DNA of 64,000 nucleotides from Amphiscolops sp. MND2022. Lineage: Eukaryota. The translations under genes and the position numbers were made by a program. This document shows positions 1-12,987 of this stretch, in pieces. Within the stretch, counting starts at the first letter, position 1; every line of letters starts with the position of its first letter. Below the pieces are notes generated by a model that saw only the letters and a program-made list of their open reading frames with translations, was not told the DNA's origin and ran no database searches. The DNA lies in contig OZ076409.1 in NCBI GenBank assembly GCA_964187785.1, positions 28,832,001 to 28,896,000 of the forward strand, given 5' to 3'.

Positions 1-1164
1 TATTAGTAGGGGGACTTTGAATTTTGTTCCGCCGTGTTCTACGTCTACCCATAGTTTCCCCAGTAACCTTTTCTCGTTTTTGTTTACATCTTGTTATCTC
101 TCTTTTATTGGTCTGATGTTTTCCATTTTGTATAGGTTTGCATTATTCGGCATGATGGTGACCGGAGAGCCGATGTCAATGGTGAAATTTTGTTGTTTCG
201 TTTATTTTCAGTTCAGTACCGTAATGCTCGTTGTTTTCCGGTAGTATTTTGTTGATTTGTGTTATTCGGCAGATTTCGCTTTCATCTTGGTCCTCTTCCG
301 AGGTCATATCTTTCAGATACTTTATTTTCTTATGTTGCTGTGCGGTTTCCCGCGACATACCTGTGCGAAGTGTCCTATTTTCTGGCAATTGTTGCATTTA
401 CCGTTTTTGCCGGATAGTTGTGTTGAGGTGACCAGTTTTGCTGTCTGCAGAATCCGCAGATGATACTTTTGGATGTTTTCCGTTGTTCCCGGTATCGTTT
501 TGGTTGGATTTTCTGGTTTTGTTCTTGTTTTTTTTCTTTGTCTTTTGTCAACGCGGGTGGTATGGTAAATTGTGTATGTCGTCGGTCGCAGCTGTTTTGG
601 GTGATATGTTCCACGGTGGTCTTCAAAGTTATTGTTTTTTCACGGATGAGTTTTCCCGGAGTTTTTTTTCGGTGATGCTTCTTATGAATTTTGATATCAG
701 TAGGTCCTCTTATTTCATATCTTCAAAGCCGCAGTTCGTTTCGTGTGTTATCAATTTCATCCAATGATCTTCCGGTGTTTCGTTCTCTTCCTGCTTTGCC
801 CAGAAAAAGTCTCCGCGGTATTCTCAGCAGTATTTATTTTTTGGCTATGTAGTATTCCCGAAAAAACGATTAGTTTGTCAGTTTTGATGGTTTATGGGTC
901 CGTGTTGAATTCCATTATTTGGTGATTATTTCTATTGCTGACGGTCCAGCGCTCTCGATGAAATCTTGTCTGATTTCAGGTTCTTTTGTATCCGACGGAT
1001 CGCCGGTTGGTACCGTATCGTCCGTTATTATCTGCTTGATATCCACATTGTAGATTTTTTTGTATAGTGTCGGAATCTTTCGGTGCATTCTTTTCAGTTG
1101 TACCATTTTTTACCGTCAAGTCCGGTATCTTCCAGGTAGGGTAGATTTTATTGGTGGTCGTCAT
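1..1164 (-). mobile_element. Degenerate Ty3/Gypsy gag-protease region, running off the window start
   Basis: Minus-strand fragments begin MTTTNKIYPTWKIPDL. Near 150-190 they read KFTIDIGSPVTIMP (decayed DTGS protease motif), followed by LGKLWVDVEHGG. Many stops and frameshifts. Confidence 0.7.
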
Positions 1165-1429
1165 TTGATAGTAAAAAATTTTGCTCACTGATAAAAGAAA
1201 GATGATAGGTCTTATGATTGCTAAAGCTAAGTTTAAAATGGTTGCAGAGAAGTATCTTTAATCAACTGTAGTATCGTAGTTTTCACAACAGCAATGATTC
1301 TATATATTTGAACAAAAAAAGGTCAGCATTTGATTGGAGTTTGTTTGCAACTATGTACTAAACAACTCTCAGATTATGTCTATGATTGATGGCTTGACCT
1401 CTGCACATCACAGGAACCCCGTCGGGGTG

Positions 1430-3220
1430 ATTACCTACGAAAAAAAAAGAATGCCGCGACACACACTTGAGGGCAGATACTTCAAAGATTTCAACGACGA
1501 AGTCTCACCGGCACCAGGAACATCAACCGAAACTAATCCATACACAATCAGCACGCAAAAATACCAAGATACCGAATCGCCGGTCTCCTCAACTCCGGAA
1601 GAACCGACAAGCACACAAGAACCGGAAACGTACCCAGCAATCCCCGTACAAAAATACCGCGACGGCCCAATCGAAGAGATAGCCGTCCACTATGTGCGGA
1701 TAAACCGAGTCATCGAGAAAAAGCAACAAGAAACCGACAGCATGAGGACAACATCCGGTCAGCCGAGTTGGATTTTATGCTCGACCTGGAAACCCTCATC
1801 AAAGAAACAGCAGCAGACCCGGATTTGATGGAGACACAGTGCTGCCAACACGCTTGCAATCCTTGAAGATTACAAACATGTGGCAAAGAAGTCAACTCAC
1901 CGCTGGGGAAAAACTATGGTCGACGACCACATTATCGTCCAGAAGAGCCAACGTTATGCCCAACTAAATGCACTACAATTCGGCCACCCAGGATTTTACA
2001 AGATTGTGGCAAAACTTGCGAGCCGATATCGAAAAGAAGGCCGAGACCTGCTCCGCCTGTCTAAATGCCCGTAATATTTTCAAACCCCAACAACCCAATA
2101 CTGAAAAATCAAAAATTGAATCGGGAAAAAAACCCAGGGAAGGAAATTCTAATTGATTTCACGGGAACTCTGAACAGCAAAAAATTAACTCCTTCTTATT
2201 TATATTAGTTGCCCCGTAGAAAAGATTAGCCGCGGGCCGGTAGCTAAAGTCTGCAAAAACACAAGCCACGATACGGTCGTAACATTCCTACAGGAATATA
2301 TAATCGTATACGGCGTAACGAGAGAAATTAAACCAAATAAAGGCAGTGCCTTTCTTTCAAAAGAATCCAAAAGCTTTTGTGCAGTAAATACAACATAATC
2401 CGTGAATACGGCACTCCAAATTTACACACCTGTACCGGATTGGTCGAGAGAACCATCCAATCACTGAAGAATCTGATAAATACAAAACTTGAAGAAACAG
2501 TTTACGCCAGAGCCTAAATAAAGCACTCTACGTCCTCCAATTTACCACACACGCATAAACGAAGAAAACTCCTTTCGAACTGCACTTTGGGCAGAAACCG
2601 GAAATTAAATTATCTAACCTGAAAAATGCTATTTCAGTTCACTCTAAAGATTTGTCAGTTTACATTACCCAATGTTCCAACGGAGAAATTACGGACTACC
2701 TGGTGATGTCCAAAAAAAGCAACGACCCGAAACAATGGAGAGGGATGACCTTCAGCCAAAACAAAAACCGTCATATACGGTAACAACGAAAAATCTAATT
2801 ACCCGTTTATGTTTTTCGAGAAAATTCATACAAAAAGCCCACTCGGTAATTAATTCGACAATAAACCGCAGATTGCAGTCTCTGGTACCGAACACAACAA
2901 AACTGTACACAGGAAACTAATTTCTAACCAATACCTTTTCAGAACACAGCCACACCAAGGAAGAGAATCAACACAAGACTATCGACTGCAACTGACCAAC
3001 CATTCTGCTCAAAGACGACCGGAACCGGCACAACACTTTGCGGCTACCGCAGAAAAGAACCGCTACGTCCGGAAAACACCGAGAACAGCGCTGATTGGCT
3101 CAAAGGAAAAGGGCAACCGAGGAACGAGAGAGGACAATTTATCAGTCCCGACAAATCAGCTAGCAAACCCGTGGAACTCGACCTGAGCATGGTATCAGAC
3201 GATGATGATTCCAAATAATT
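1430..3220 (+). mobile_element. Degenerate Gypsy pol 3' part (linker and integrase)
   Basis: Fragments LQFGHPG, CSAC, IDFTG, TGLVERTIQSLKNLI and KKTPFELHFG match the integrase zinc-binding and core motifs. Frameshifted. Confidence 0.75.
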
Positions 3221-3242
3221 GTACATGTAAACAAAATAGAAC

Positions 3243-3400
3243 ATTACGATAACGTAGTCAGCTATGGCCAGCGTTCACTCTAGCGCTCTGAATGCAGGAG
3301 CGAAGCGAAGCGGACAGACGTGGCATGTGGCCATGCCTCAATGTTTCTACTTGGTGAAGGGAGCGAAGCGACCGAGTCATACAACAGATTTCCTAACCTC
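3243..3400 (+). repeat. Dispersed ~150-bp core repeat containing GCGAAGCGAAGCG
   Basis: Related copies at about 7905-8050 (reverse), 8420-8570 (forward) and a partial one at 11880-11950 (reverse). Confidence 0.75.
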
Positions 3401-3435
3401 TCTAAAGGAATAAAGTTATTCAGTGATTTTACTTG

Positions 3436-3579
3436 GTCGGCATAGTGATTCGTCGGTTTAGTGAACCGTCGGCTTAGTGAACCGTCGGCTTAGTGAACCG
3501 TCGGCTTAGTGAACCGTCGGCTTAGTGAACAGTCGGCTTAGTGAACCGTCGGCTTAGTGAACCGTTGGCTTAGTGCACC
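3436..3579. repeat. Tandem array, about 9 x 16 bp (GTCGGCTTAGTGAACC)
   Basis: Head-to-tail units with no spacers; the first and last units are degenerate. Confidence 0.95.
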
Positions 3580-4449
3580 GCCCACGTGAAAAGGGGTTGT
3601 ATAAAAGTGTCCTAAAGTGGTTTCAAAAAGAATATTTTGAACTCGGTTCAATTCAGGTTTTTGGTTTTATTTCATTATGATCCGTACAACACAGTAAATA
3701 ATATTCAAAGTAATAGCTGACACCAGTTAAAATACAAGTCTACTATGTAAGAGTTTATCTGAGTTCTTTCACCAGTCATCGGTAACATGTATTGGAAATT
3801 TCTATTCGTTGGTGTTATGTAACCGAACCTCGGAACCAATGAAATTAAAGTAGCTTCTTCGGTAGCGAACGGTAGTTGTTTACCGAATAAGTGACGATGA
3901 CGTCACCACAAAAAGTACATCAGAAATATCGCAGTGCCTCTGTGGCTTTTTCTTCTGCACTGGATTGAAGGTTGAACATTTTATGCTGACAAAATCAGGT
4001 ATTGTTCGGCGCGTTCGTTGTGGTTTTGAAGAAATTCAAATGTCAGACTTCGTTTAGTATTTTTTCTTTTGCGGGAATTTTCTGATGCAAGGTCTACTGT
4101 GTAGAACGTTGGCTGGGGAACAAATGTGTGCGTGCTCGAGTCCCGTGCAGAAACAACTTTACTTTTTCAAATCGACCTATACAAAGATCGTGAAATATGC
4201 AGAAATTTGGATATAGCTAACAACTTCCATAACTTTGTGTCTAGATTCACGTTTTGCAGAGCCGAGGGCAGAAGTTCTCTTATAACTGAAGTAGATTTTT
4301 CTAGGGAAATATTGTTTAGTGCTGGTGTAGCGTATATCACTCATTGTTTTACATGTTAATAAACCATTATAGACATTAGCCACCATTGTATAAGCGAATT
4401 ACTAAAGATCTCAATTTTTGATGTTTTGTTTCTTTTTCCAAAGGATAAC

Positions 4450-5331
4450 AAGCTGAACCGGTTCAAGTCGGCGCTCCGCTCAAGTTTCAAAAACCAAGTT
4501 TCATAAACAAGCAAAGGAAACTATTTTTAAATTTTTACCATTTTCTCAGTGCCAAAAATAGCCCAAGGGATACGCATAAGACTCGGCAACCACTTTTCTT
4601 ACCTAACTGGAATCACAAAGAAAAATCAATTTTTTGAAATACAATTTTTTTCCAATATTTTTCGGAAAAATCTCATAGTGCCGGAGTTTGCAGCAGGGAA
4701 ACCTTTTTTTTCAAACCGAAATCAGCTATGGAAGCGAGGGGGTGCCCTTTGACCAATTGAGAATTTCTGAAAAAAAACGCTCATAGCCGAAGAAATGCTT
4801 AAAAAGGTCTTTTCCACAATCATAACGAAACCTCGCTTAACAAAGAGGTCACCCTCAAGACTCAGGAAACAAAACCTCAAAAAACCAAAAATAGTGTGAA
4901 AATTTTTCTTAAATTTTTTTACGTAGGTAAGTTGCATAGTGTCGAAAAGTCTGAGCGCAAAGTGGCCATCTATGCGCGCAAAACGCGTTGTTTCTCATGA
5001 AAATTGAGGGAGGGAGTTAAGGTTTGAAAACAAATTTGAAAAAAGTTGCTTAGTGCCGAAAAATTCTGAAGAGGGACTCGTTGGTATCTATTTTTGCAAA
5101 CCCTATTTTTGCAAACAAAAAATTTTGGTTTAGTGCGAGACTCGAACCCACGTACCCCTGCATCCTAGGCGCGTTAACCACTAGGCCTAGTGATTGACGG
5201 ACTTCACAAAATTGAAGAACTTTTGGTGAACCTATTTTGGACAGTTCAGGTGTATCGAAAAAGAAAATGATGAAAAGCCATGACTATAGTCGCTCTGAAG
5301 CGCCGACTGAAAGAAAAGCGCCGACTGAAAA
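4450..5331 (-). mobile_element. Helentron-associated (HINE/DINE-1-like) non-autonomous element with an internal tRNA-like segment
   Basis: Subterminal inverted repeats AGTCGGCGCT (4466) and AGCGCCGACT (about 5299 and 5317). Hairpin TGAACCGGTTCA next to one end. Same family as 46487-46998. Confidence 0.55.
5126..5191 (-). other. tRNA-derived (pseudo-tRNA or SINE head) segment
   Basis: Minus strand has an A-box-like GGCCTAGTGGTTAA and a B-box GGTTCGAGTC. No complete cloverleaf could be built by eye. Confidence 0.55.
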
Positions 5332-6349
5332 GTTCGTTTTTTCAATCAATGAAGAGTGTGTCGACAAAATGTTTGTCGACAAAAAATAGGTCATTGGAAG
5401 CCAAAAGGACAGGACTACAAGATAATGGGATAAAAAGCAAGATAGAATGAACCGCTGGGAACATTCAAAAAGAAAACACCGTCTCCTGCTAGTGATTTCG
5501 GGATGCTGCGAAAGCATATTTTACTGAGAACGCCATTCAGCAGTGTACTGAGTGACATTGATGAAGACATTAAGGTACAAAGACCTTGCAGAACAGAAAA
5601 TAAGACAAAAAACGCTAAAAAACTGATGTACTCAGAACTACAAGCAAAAACAAATAGCGAAAACGTCAAACGGATACGTCCATAACTTACATAACCTATT
5701 CATCAGTATTATGGACAGCCAAACAGACGTTTTCGCAGTCGACAAAGAGTTACCTTGTAGAAAGATCAAAAAATACAAGCACGCAAATAAGCTATCATAG
5801 CAGGCAGGACTTAGAAGCTTATGGGACTAGGTCCCTCTATAAAACGGAGAGATTGATGGTAATATCGACTTCTTTTCACCATATACGTTCGTAGTAACCT
5901 TGAAACCGTTATAGCTTCCGCTCTTTTTGACGTTGGCATGGCTTTCACGTGCCATTCTTTTTAATGCATTGGTTCTAAACCCGGTTCCTACTTGTTTCGG
6001 AAAAACAGTGAAAGTCCGGCAGGTCATGTCAATCAACTGATTGACGTGCCAATCCTTTCACAGTGAAGTAAATTCAGTCCAAACATGTTTTAACTTGAGC
6101 TCTTAGCTGAATCACTTCAGGGCAATAATGAGAAACGATGACGTTATACTGCATGTTCAAATGTCTTTGAACTAGCAGGAATTTGTATAATGTAACTAAC
6201 AGGCACAGACTTTTTGGTACCTCTTTAAGTATCCTAAGTTGTGTAAGTCCTTTCCTAGGACACTTTTGTATTGAAGTAAGTTGGGAAACAGGATCAGTTT
6301 ATGTCATCACAACGTTAACTTTCTACAGCTAGCGGTTAATTCTGTCATG

Positions 6350-6615
6350 CAGAGTTGGCCATTATAAGTTTTTAATTAATTGTAAGCAAACAAACGTTTT
6401 AAACGTTTTAAAGTTCCCTCAAACAAAGATAGAAAAACAAGCTTGAAAAAAAGAATTTATTCAATATCATTCAAATATCGAATCAGAAATAATCAAATAT
6501 CAATGAAATAAAAAAAACCTTTGATCGGACTGTATTTTATTCAAAATAAAACAGTGTTTTAAAACTGTTTTAAAACGTGTTTTAAAACACACGTGTTTTT
6601 TATTGGCCAACCCTG
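6350..6615. mobile_element. hAT-type MITE
   Basis: TIRs CAGAGTTGGCCA / TGGCCAACCCTG with a perfect 8-bp TSD CTGTCATG (6342-6349 and 6616-6623). Confidence 0.85.
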
Positions 6616-6821
6616 CTGTCATGAGCAGATTTTGTAAATAACACTCAATTCCTTTTTCATTGACCTAATCTATCTAACTTGTTTGATTTTTCTTCTGAAA
6701 ATAGTACCCGTGCTGACAACCCAGAATGACCCACCGGTGGCCACCGCACTCCCATCGCAGCCCCACCGGTGGCCACCGCACTTCCCATCGCAGCCCCGGT
6801 GGCCACCGCGGTGGCAATGAC

Positions 6822-7517
6822 GATTACCAGAAATTTCGTCGTCGGAAATTTCGTCGTCAGAAATTTCGTCGTCAGAAATTTCGTCGCCGGTGATTACGTT
6901 CTATAGAACGTCGCATTTTGTTTAATCTATTAGGAATCGTCTTATTATTGAGTCTTAATAATTATCGATAATTGTGCAATAATTACTATCATTGACTACT
7001 TTTTGTTATGGTTTTGAAAAAGTTTCGGACCTTATAACTCCCCATATACCCCATATACACATTGTTTCTTATCCTCTCAACACGAAGTTGTTTCGACACT
7101 TAAGGCAAAAATTTCCATTACCAAAAGATGTTTTGATAATTTTCTGACAAAAAAAGCAAAAATTCCCACTGGAGCAAGCTTGAATTGTATTGTAAAGCCC
7201 CGGTAAGTAGTTCAACCGGTAGGACTGAAAATATACCCTTGCTCAATAAGCGTCTTGATGAGTTGATTGAATGCAATTCTTTTTGACTCAATTTTGGTGT
7301 CAAAATGAAACTTGCTCGCAAGATCTCATTTTAATAATTAAGTAATTGTATAATTCAAATGATATCTTTTGGTGAACTCTGTTATTCTAATCAATACGAC
7401 GAAATTTCCGACGACGAATTTTCTGACGACGAAATTTCTGGATTTGCTAATACGACGAAATTTCTGACGACAAAATTTCTGACGACGAAATTTCTGGCGA
7501 CGAAATTTCCGCCTCCC
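6822..7517. mobile_element. Mutator-like MITE with inverted 15-bp subterminal arrays
   Basis: AAATTTCGTCGTCAG arrays at 6830-6890 and inverted at 7395-7510. 9-bp TSD GGCAATGAC / GGCCATGAC with one mismatch. Confidence 0.65.
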
Positions 7518-7727
7518 GGCCATGACACATTTTGTGGTAGCCAGGGGTGGACCACCGGTGGCCAATGGTGGGGAAAAACTTCCTGTTGTATACAAAATAT
7601 TGCAAAAATCGTGACGCGAACCTGTATTAATTTTGTTCACACTCCAGCATTTACCTCTGCGCTATCAGCTTTTGTAATTTGCTTGTTTTGCCTTAGCTAT
7701 ATTTGTTCCGCAGCATTGCCTACATCG

Positions 7728-8194
7728 GTGCCGTTGTAAGTTCGCCATATTTAAGTTCGCCACGTATAAGTTAGCCCGTAAAACTTAGCCACGTTTAAGT
7801 TAGCCACCATATAAGATCGCCACGTTTATTTTCGCCACATTTCAGCTAATGAAAGAGTTCCATATCAGCGATTATTTTCGTTTGGTTATATTTAGTGGCG
7901 ATTAGCATACTTGTTGTATGGCTCGGTCGCTTCGCTCCCTTCGCCAAGTAGCAACATTGAGGCATAGCCATATGGCACGTCGCTCCGCTTCGCTTCGCTC
8001 CTGCTAGGGCACTAGGGGTATGTGAACAAATCTGACTACGTTATCGTAATTTTGAATGCTCGAATTTGATTGGCCGAAAATGTGGCGAACTTGTATGTGG
8101 CGAACATATATGGTGGCTAAATTAAATATGGCTAAGATTTACAGGCTAACTTATATGTGGCGAACTTAAAAAAGTGGCGAACTTAAACGGACAC
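7728..8194. mobile_element. Mutator-like MITE
   Basis: Inverted TAAGTTCGCCAC arrays at both ends. Flanking direct repeat GCCTACATCG (7718-7727 and 8195-8204). Confidence 0.75.
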
Positions 8195-8321
8195 GCCTAC
8201 ATCGCGACTCGCGTACACGCGGTGCCAAAATAGTTTTAATTGTTGCAGATCTTCTTGAGTGCAGAAGTAAATTTTTGAAAATTTAAATAACCTTCGGATT
8301 CCATAATGAAATAATACTTTT

Positions 8322-8650
8322 GGTTCTCCTGACTAAGTGTGGTCCCAAGCGATTTCTCCTTACTAAGTGTGGTCCCTATTTTATAAGTGTGGTCCCTGCT
8401 TATTTTGTTGGAAATATTATTATAACGTCGTCGGCTATGTTCACATACCCCTAGTGCCCTAAATGCAGGAGCGAAGCGAAGCGGAGCGACGTGCCATATG
8501 GCCATGCCTCAAGGTTGTTGCTTGTCGAAGGGAGCGAAGCGACCGAGCCATACAACAAATATGCTAACCTCGTCTAGGGACCACACTTAGTCAGGAGTTT
8601 TCAGGCCGGCTGCATAAATTTTGTAGGGACCACACTTAGTCAGGAGTACC
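8322..8650. mobile_element. MITE with CTCCTGACTAAGTGTGGTCCC TIR and subterminal repeats
   Basis: Left end GGTTCTCCTGACTAAGTGTGGTCCC, right end GGGACCACACTTAGTCAGGAGTACC. No clear TSD. Confidence 0.65.
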
Positions 8651-9654
8651 ATAATTTTCAATGATTTTGTATAATTCACAATTCATTTTTTTGAAAAAAA
8701 TTCCACCTGTGACTACCGGTGGAAATAGTGACTGTTCATCCAAAATTGCCTTCACCGGTGGTCACCGATGGTCCACCGATGGCCAGTGGTGGGTTACCAT
8801 GGGTTGTCAATACGGGTAATACTTCTTTTGCTTTGAACCTAACCAAAGCGAATTAGTTCAACTTTCAACTTTTTTAAACTTTTGTCTTAAACTCCACAGT
8901 AACCAACGAGGACCAATTTTGTGCACTTCGGATATACAATTTAAATAACATACATTCGCCAGTTCGATTTCTAACATTATAAATTCAAGAATGCTTGACA
9001 AGGGCTTTTCTGAGTACCTTAGTCACTTTCTTCAGTTGCTCAGTCTTTAACAGTGTTGACATGACAATAATTACTTACCTTTTCTGTCCACAATTACTTA
9101 TTTCAATTTTACAGAAAAGGGAACGTAACTGAGGTCATCAGCGGTCGTCTAAGTTCTTGCTAATGTAACGATACTGTCTAATACGTTCTTAATGTTGTAC
9201 TAGGTATTCATGAGATTTGGTAATGATGATGGAAATATCTGAATGTTTCCAATCCAATTCAGACATGGCACTTTAGCATGGAATTGATCTTTTCGCAGTT
9301 TCCGTCATTTTGAATAGTATTTCAAATTCATAACTGCAGCTTTCTTTGAGCCTGTTTCAGCTGTCCTATTACTGCTGGAAACGGCGGTCATTGTCCTGTT
9401 TGGGTAATGATTCACCTCGAGGCTTTTCTGACGCTGTTGTTGGCGACGGTTTTGCTATTGATAGAACAATTTATTCAGTGCCTCTCTAAATATACAGCAT
9501 AAGCACTCTTCAATCAAATTTTATACCTTGATTACAGAAAATTGTCATGTCTACCATTGTAAATCCGCATAGATGTATATTTTTGTTGACTTCCTCTCAA
9601 ATCTTTTCTGCCCAAATAGAATTTTACAATAAAATTTTTCTTGGGAACAAGGCT

Positions 9655-9789
9655 CTCTTGATAAGATCTTACCATGACATCTTGCAATTCTTGGCAATAT
9701 CTTGGCCAGATCTTAGCTAAGATTTTTCCAAGATCTTGGCAAGATCTTGCCAAGATCTTACTAAGATATCCATGGAGGGTCGACCCGGG
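9655..9789. repeat. Degenerate palindromic CAAGATCTTG array, probably one MITE end
   Basis: Repeated ~11-bp AAGATCTT units ending in GTCGACCCGGG. Confidence 0.5.
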
Positions 9790-10504
9790 AAACGAGGTTA
9801 AAAGCACGCAACAAGCAGCGAGAGATGGACAGTACATTGTATACTGCATACTGTTGATAATCGATTTTAGACTCAAAATTAGAGTCTTGTCTGTGAATTA
9901 GGCTTGTTCTCGGATACTGATTGTTGTACACGATTGTCTGATTAAGTTCTTGAGCTGGTCGTACAACCAGATAATTTCCTTTTGAGCTGGCTATTCTTGG
10001 AAAATTGAAATAAGTTCTCTTGGCACCGTGTTGAGAGACTATCGGTACGATGGATACGGGTAGGCAAAATGGCCGTTACTTTCAAGGACATCTAAAGACT
10101 GGAGCTGATCGGAGGATTTCCGCTAGATGCGGGACCTTCTTTCCACAGGACAAGGTCCCGAGGAGGCAATATGGACCTCTCGGAAGATGGGAGTCCGTCC
10201 CGTGTGCAAAATCCCTGTCCCTCTAATCTGCTCCTATTCTATCAACAATGACAACTGACAAGCTACAGTGCCGCGTGTAGTTACCTAATTTATGGACATT
10301 GTTTGTTAGATACATGCTGTATATGTTGACTATTCATTCAGCCGATTTTAGAAAACTGGCTTCAAACAGCAGAAATAAATTTCAAATATTTTAGTGCTTT
10401 ATCACCCAATATCCAAAATACTGGTTGCATGATTTGGCCTTTCGCCTTCCAGAGCACGTCGCGCCCCTCCAGGTTGGCCTTCGTGAAAATCAGCCGCTCA
10501 ACTA

Positions 10505-11875
10505 CCGTGTTTCTCCGCCCGGGTTTCCCTCCCATACAAAAACAGGTCAATCATGATCTGCCATCATACTCACAGTATGATTCCATGCTGATCATACTCT
10601 GGACCATAAAGGTTTATGGTTCCCAAGCTGACCATACTCTGGACATAAATGATCCTGTCTATGATACGCCATGTTCCATAAAAAAGCAAAGTTTATGGTT
10701 CCAGCCTGACCATACTCTGGGCCATATATGGTTCAGTCTATGATCAGCCTGAAACCATAGACCTTTATGGCCCAGAGTATGGTCAGCCTGGAGCCATAAA
10801 AAGAAAATTAGGATAATGTAGTCAATTAAAGCATACACTAATGAAATTACAAGATATTCGTCAACCAAAGGTCCAATACAATCGCAAAACTGAACACAAT
10901 GTCGCAAGCATCCATTTTTGGCAACTTTTGCTGAATTATTGGTAATTTTTCTCGAAAAAATCAAAAATCAAACTGCAAAGTGGGTACTGCTATAACAAAA
11001 GAGTTAGTTATTAACTAAGGAGTGGCTGAGAAGAAATTGAGTGACTATAGTTTGTCTTTAACTCCGCTTAGAGCTTAACGGAGTTCTGACTTGCAAAGTA
11101 TCGTTCGCAGATACAAAAGGTCGATTATGGCTCTTTTGCCCTCAGCCTATAAAGTTGGCTGTTCTCAAAATTTGAAAATTTTTGTTTGGGTTCCATGTCA
11201 CGTCAACCCGCGTTTGGAAAAAAATTATGATTCCAGGCTGACCATACTCTGGACCATATATGATTCCAGGCCGATCATACTCTGGGCCATATATGATTCC
11301 AGGCCGATCATGGCAAGATCATAGTAAGGAAATTTGTATGATTTGTATGGTGCCATAATATGGTCAGATTATGATCGGCCTGGTCGGGAACCCCGGCGAT
11401 AATAAACCATGGCTTGTTTTCCGAGTGAACATTAAAAACAGGGCTTATTTTCGGGGGTGGCTTGTTTTCGGGGTAGGACTTATTTTGGTGAAAAAAGTGT
11501 ACAAGAATTGAATTAATCATCATCAATTACAATTTCATTATCCTCAAGCACATCAATCATATCAGTACCAGTTTCATTTTCAACATCACTGTTTTCTTCA
11601 TTTTTGTTTGTTTTTTGAATTCATATAAGAATTGCGATTGGCGCTCATCTTGTCAAACGTAAATGCGTGTAAATAAATTAAATGAAATCAGCTTAGTTGA
11701 CAATATCGTGTAGAGATAATGACTCATATCTCTTTGACAAAATGCGAATTGATTGTTCACACGCGCATGCACGGTAATCTATTCTCCAGATGAAACCATT
11801 CAAGCAGTTCGACTCGTTGGTTCATTTATGGTGTGGCTTATTCTCGGGGTAGGGCTTATTATCGGGTAAACACGG
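10505..11875. mobile_element. Tc1/mariner-pogo-type MITE with TA TSD; left TIR interrupted by a second element
   Basis: Left end TA|CCGTGTTTCTCCG…ATAATAAACC versus right end GGGCTTATTATCGGGTAAACACGG|TA. Confidence 0.65.
10518..11396. mobile_element. Nested non-autonomous TIR element with ~31-bp subterminal repeats
   Basis: Ends CCCGGGTTTCCC / GGGAACCCCGG, possible 2-bp CG TSD, repeated TGATTCCAGGCTGACCATACTCTGG. Confidence 0.6.
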
Positions 11876-12987
11876 TAGTAGTGGCACGTCGCTTCGCTTC
11901 GCGTTGCTCTTGCATTTATGGCACTTGGTGTATGTGAATATAGCTGAACACGGTATTACTATAGATTTGACAATATCCGATACACGTTTCCAACTGAATG
12001 AATTGAAATCAATTTGAAAATTCAACGAATCTGAATGCACGATGAACAAAGTTTCTACTGTTCGAGATCAATTTTTCATTTTCGGCTGTTGGGTATTTCG
12101 ACCCATTGGGATTCCCCATGAATGTTGTTGTCCGTTTGCTGGTGCAATAATTTAATCTTTCTAGTTGCTTGCCTTCAATGGAATCAGTCGTATCGTTTGA
12201 AAACAATTTCAAGTCCTGAAGCACCATTCGTTTGACTGTTACAGATCCGGAAGCATCATACCCTCTTCTAACTAACAAAAGTTCCCCCAGGGACATATTT
12301 GACACCTGCAGAATTGCTTTGACTAATTCATCTCGACATGATTACATCGACATATTTGACTAACATCGTTATGTTAATGTTTTTTTTTCTCCTATTTTTA
12401 AAAACTTTTCATTTACCACGACTCATTGCTTCAAAAGTGTATCTATTTACAAATATTATCAAGAGTTCTTATGATTTTAAACAATATGTTTGTGAAACTT
12501 CTCTCGTCTGTTCTCCATTCATTTATCCAAACCAATAATAAACATGTCAAAAAGCGCTTCAGGTTGAATGCTATTTCAGATTGAAAACATTTATGTATAT
12601 ATAAATATAAATTGAATGAGATTGAAAGAGCAAGATTCGAAATTCTATCAGTCCAGTGCAGTGCTTAAGTATATTAGTTGAGTTGAATTGTCACAGCTGA
12701 AAACGCGTTCGTTGGATTTGAAGACATAACGAAGAATATACAGTACCGTAGTGCTGTAATTGGATCAAGGTTGTAATTTCTTTTCAATTGAACGACAGTA
12801 TGTACTTTGACTTTGGAAACTATTTTGGCAAAAAACTCGACGCAAAATTTTGATTCATATTGATTATTTGCTTGACTGCTACTTCAATCCATTGTCAGGT
12901 AGAAATAACCAATCTATAAAACTTTTAGTGACCCAGTGGTCATGAGTTTTCAAACTTATCTAGCTTATGCAATATTAAATTAATTGT

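Larger units (their letters stand above)
6707..8816. mobile_element. Non-autonomous TIR element (CCC…GGG ends, 2-bp TA TSD) hosting three nested elements
   Basis: TIRs CCCGTGCTGACAACCCA / TGGGTTGTCAATACGGG, with CCACCGGTGG subterminal motifs at both ends. Confidence 0.7.

Noticed and set aside
3436..3579. CRISPR-like array
   Set aside because: Contiguous 16-bp units with no unique spacers, no cas genes, and a eukaryotic context.
7338..7739. ORFs with repeated peptide units
   Set aside because: Artefacts of the 15-bp MITE arrays.
10130..10200. HDV-like ribozyme (GCCTCCTCG on the minus strand)
   Set aside because: P1 and P3 pairings could not be built.
12009..12305. Possible host exon on the minus strand after TTCTGCAG
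   Set aside because: No recognisable homology or partner exons; nearby exon-like 9080-9490 has stops in all frames.
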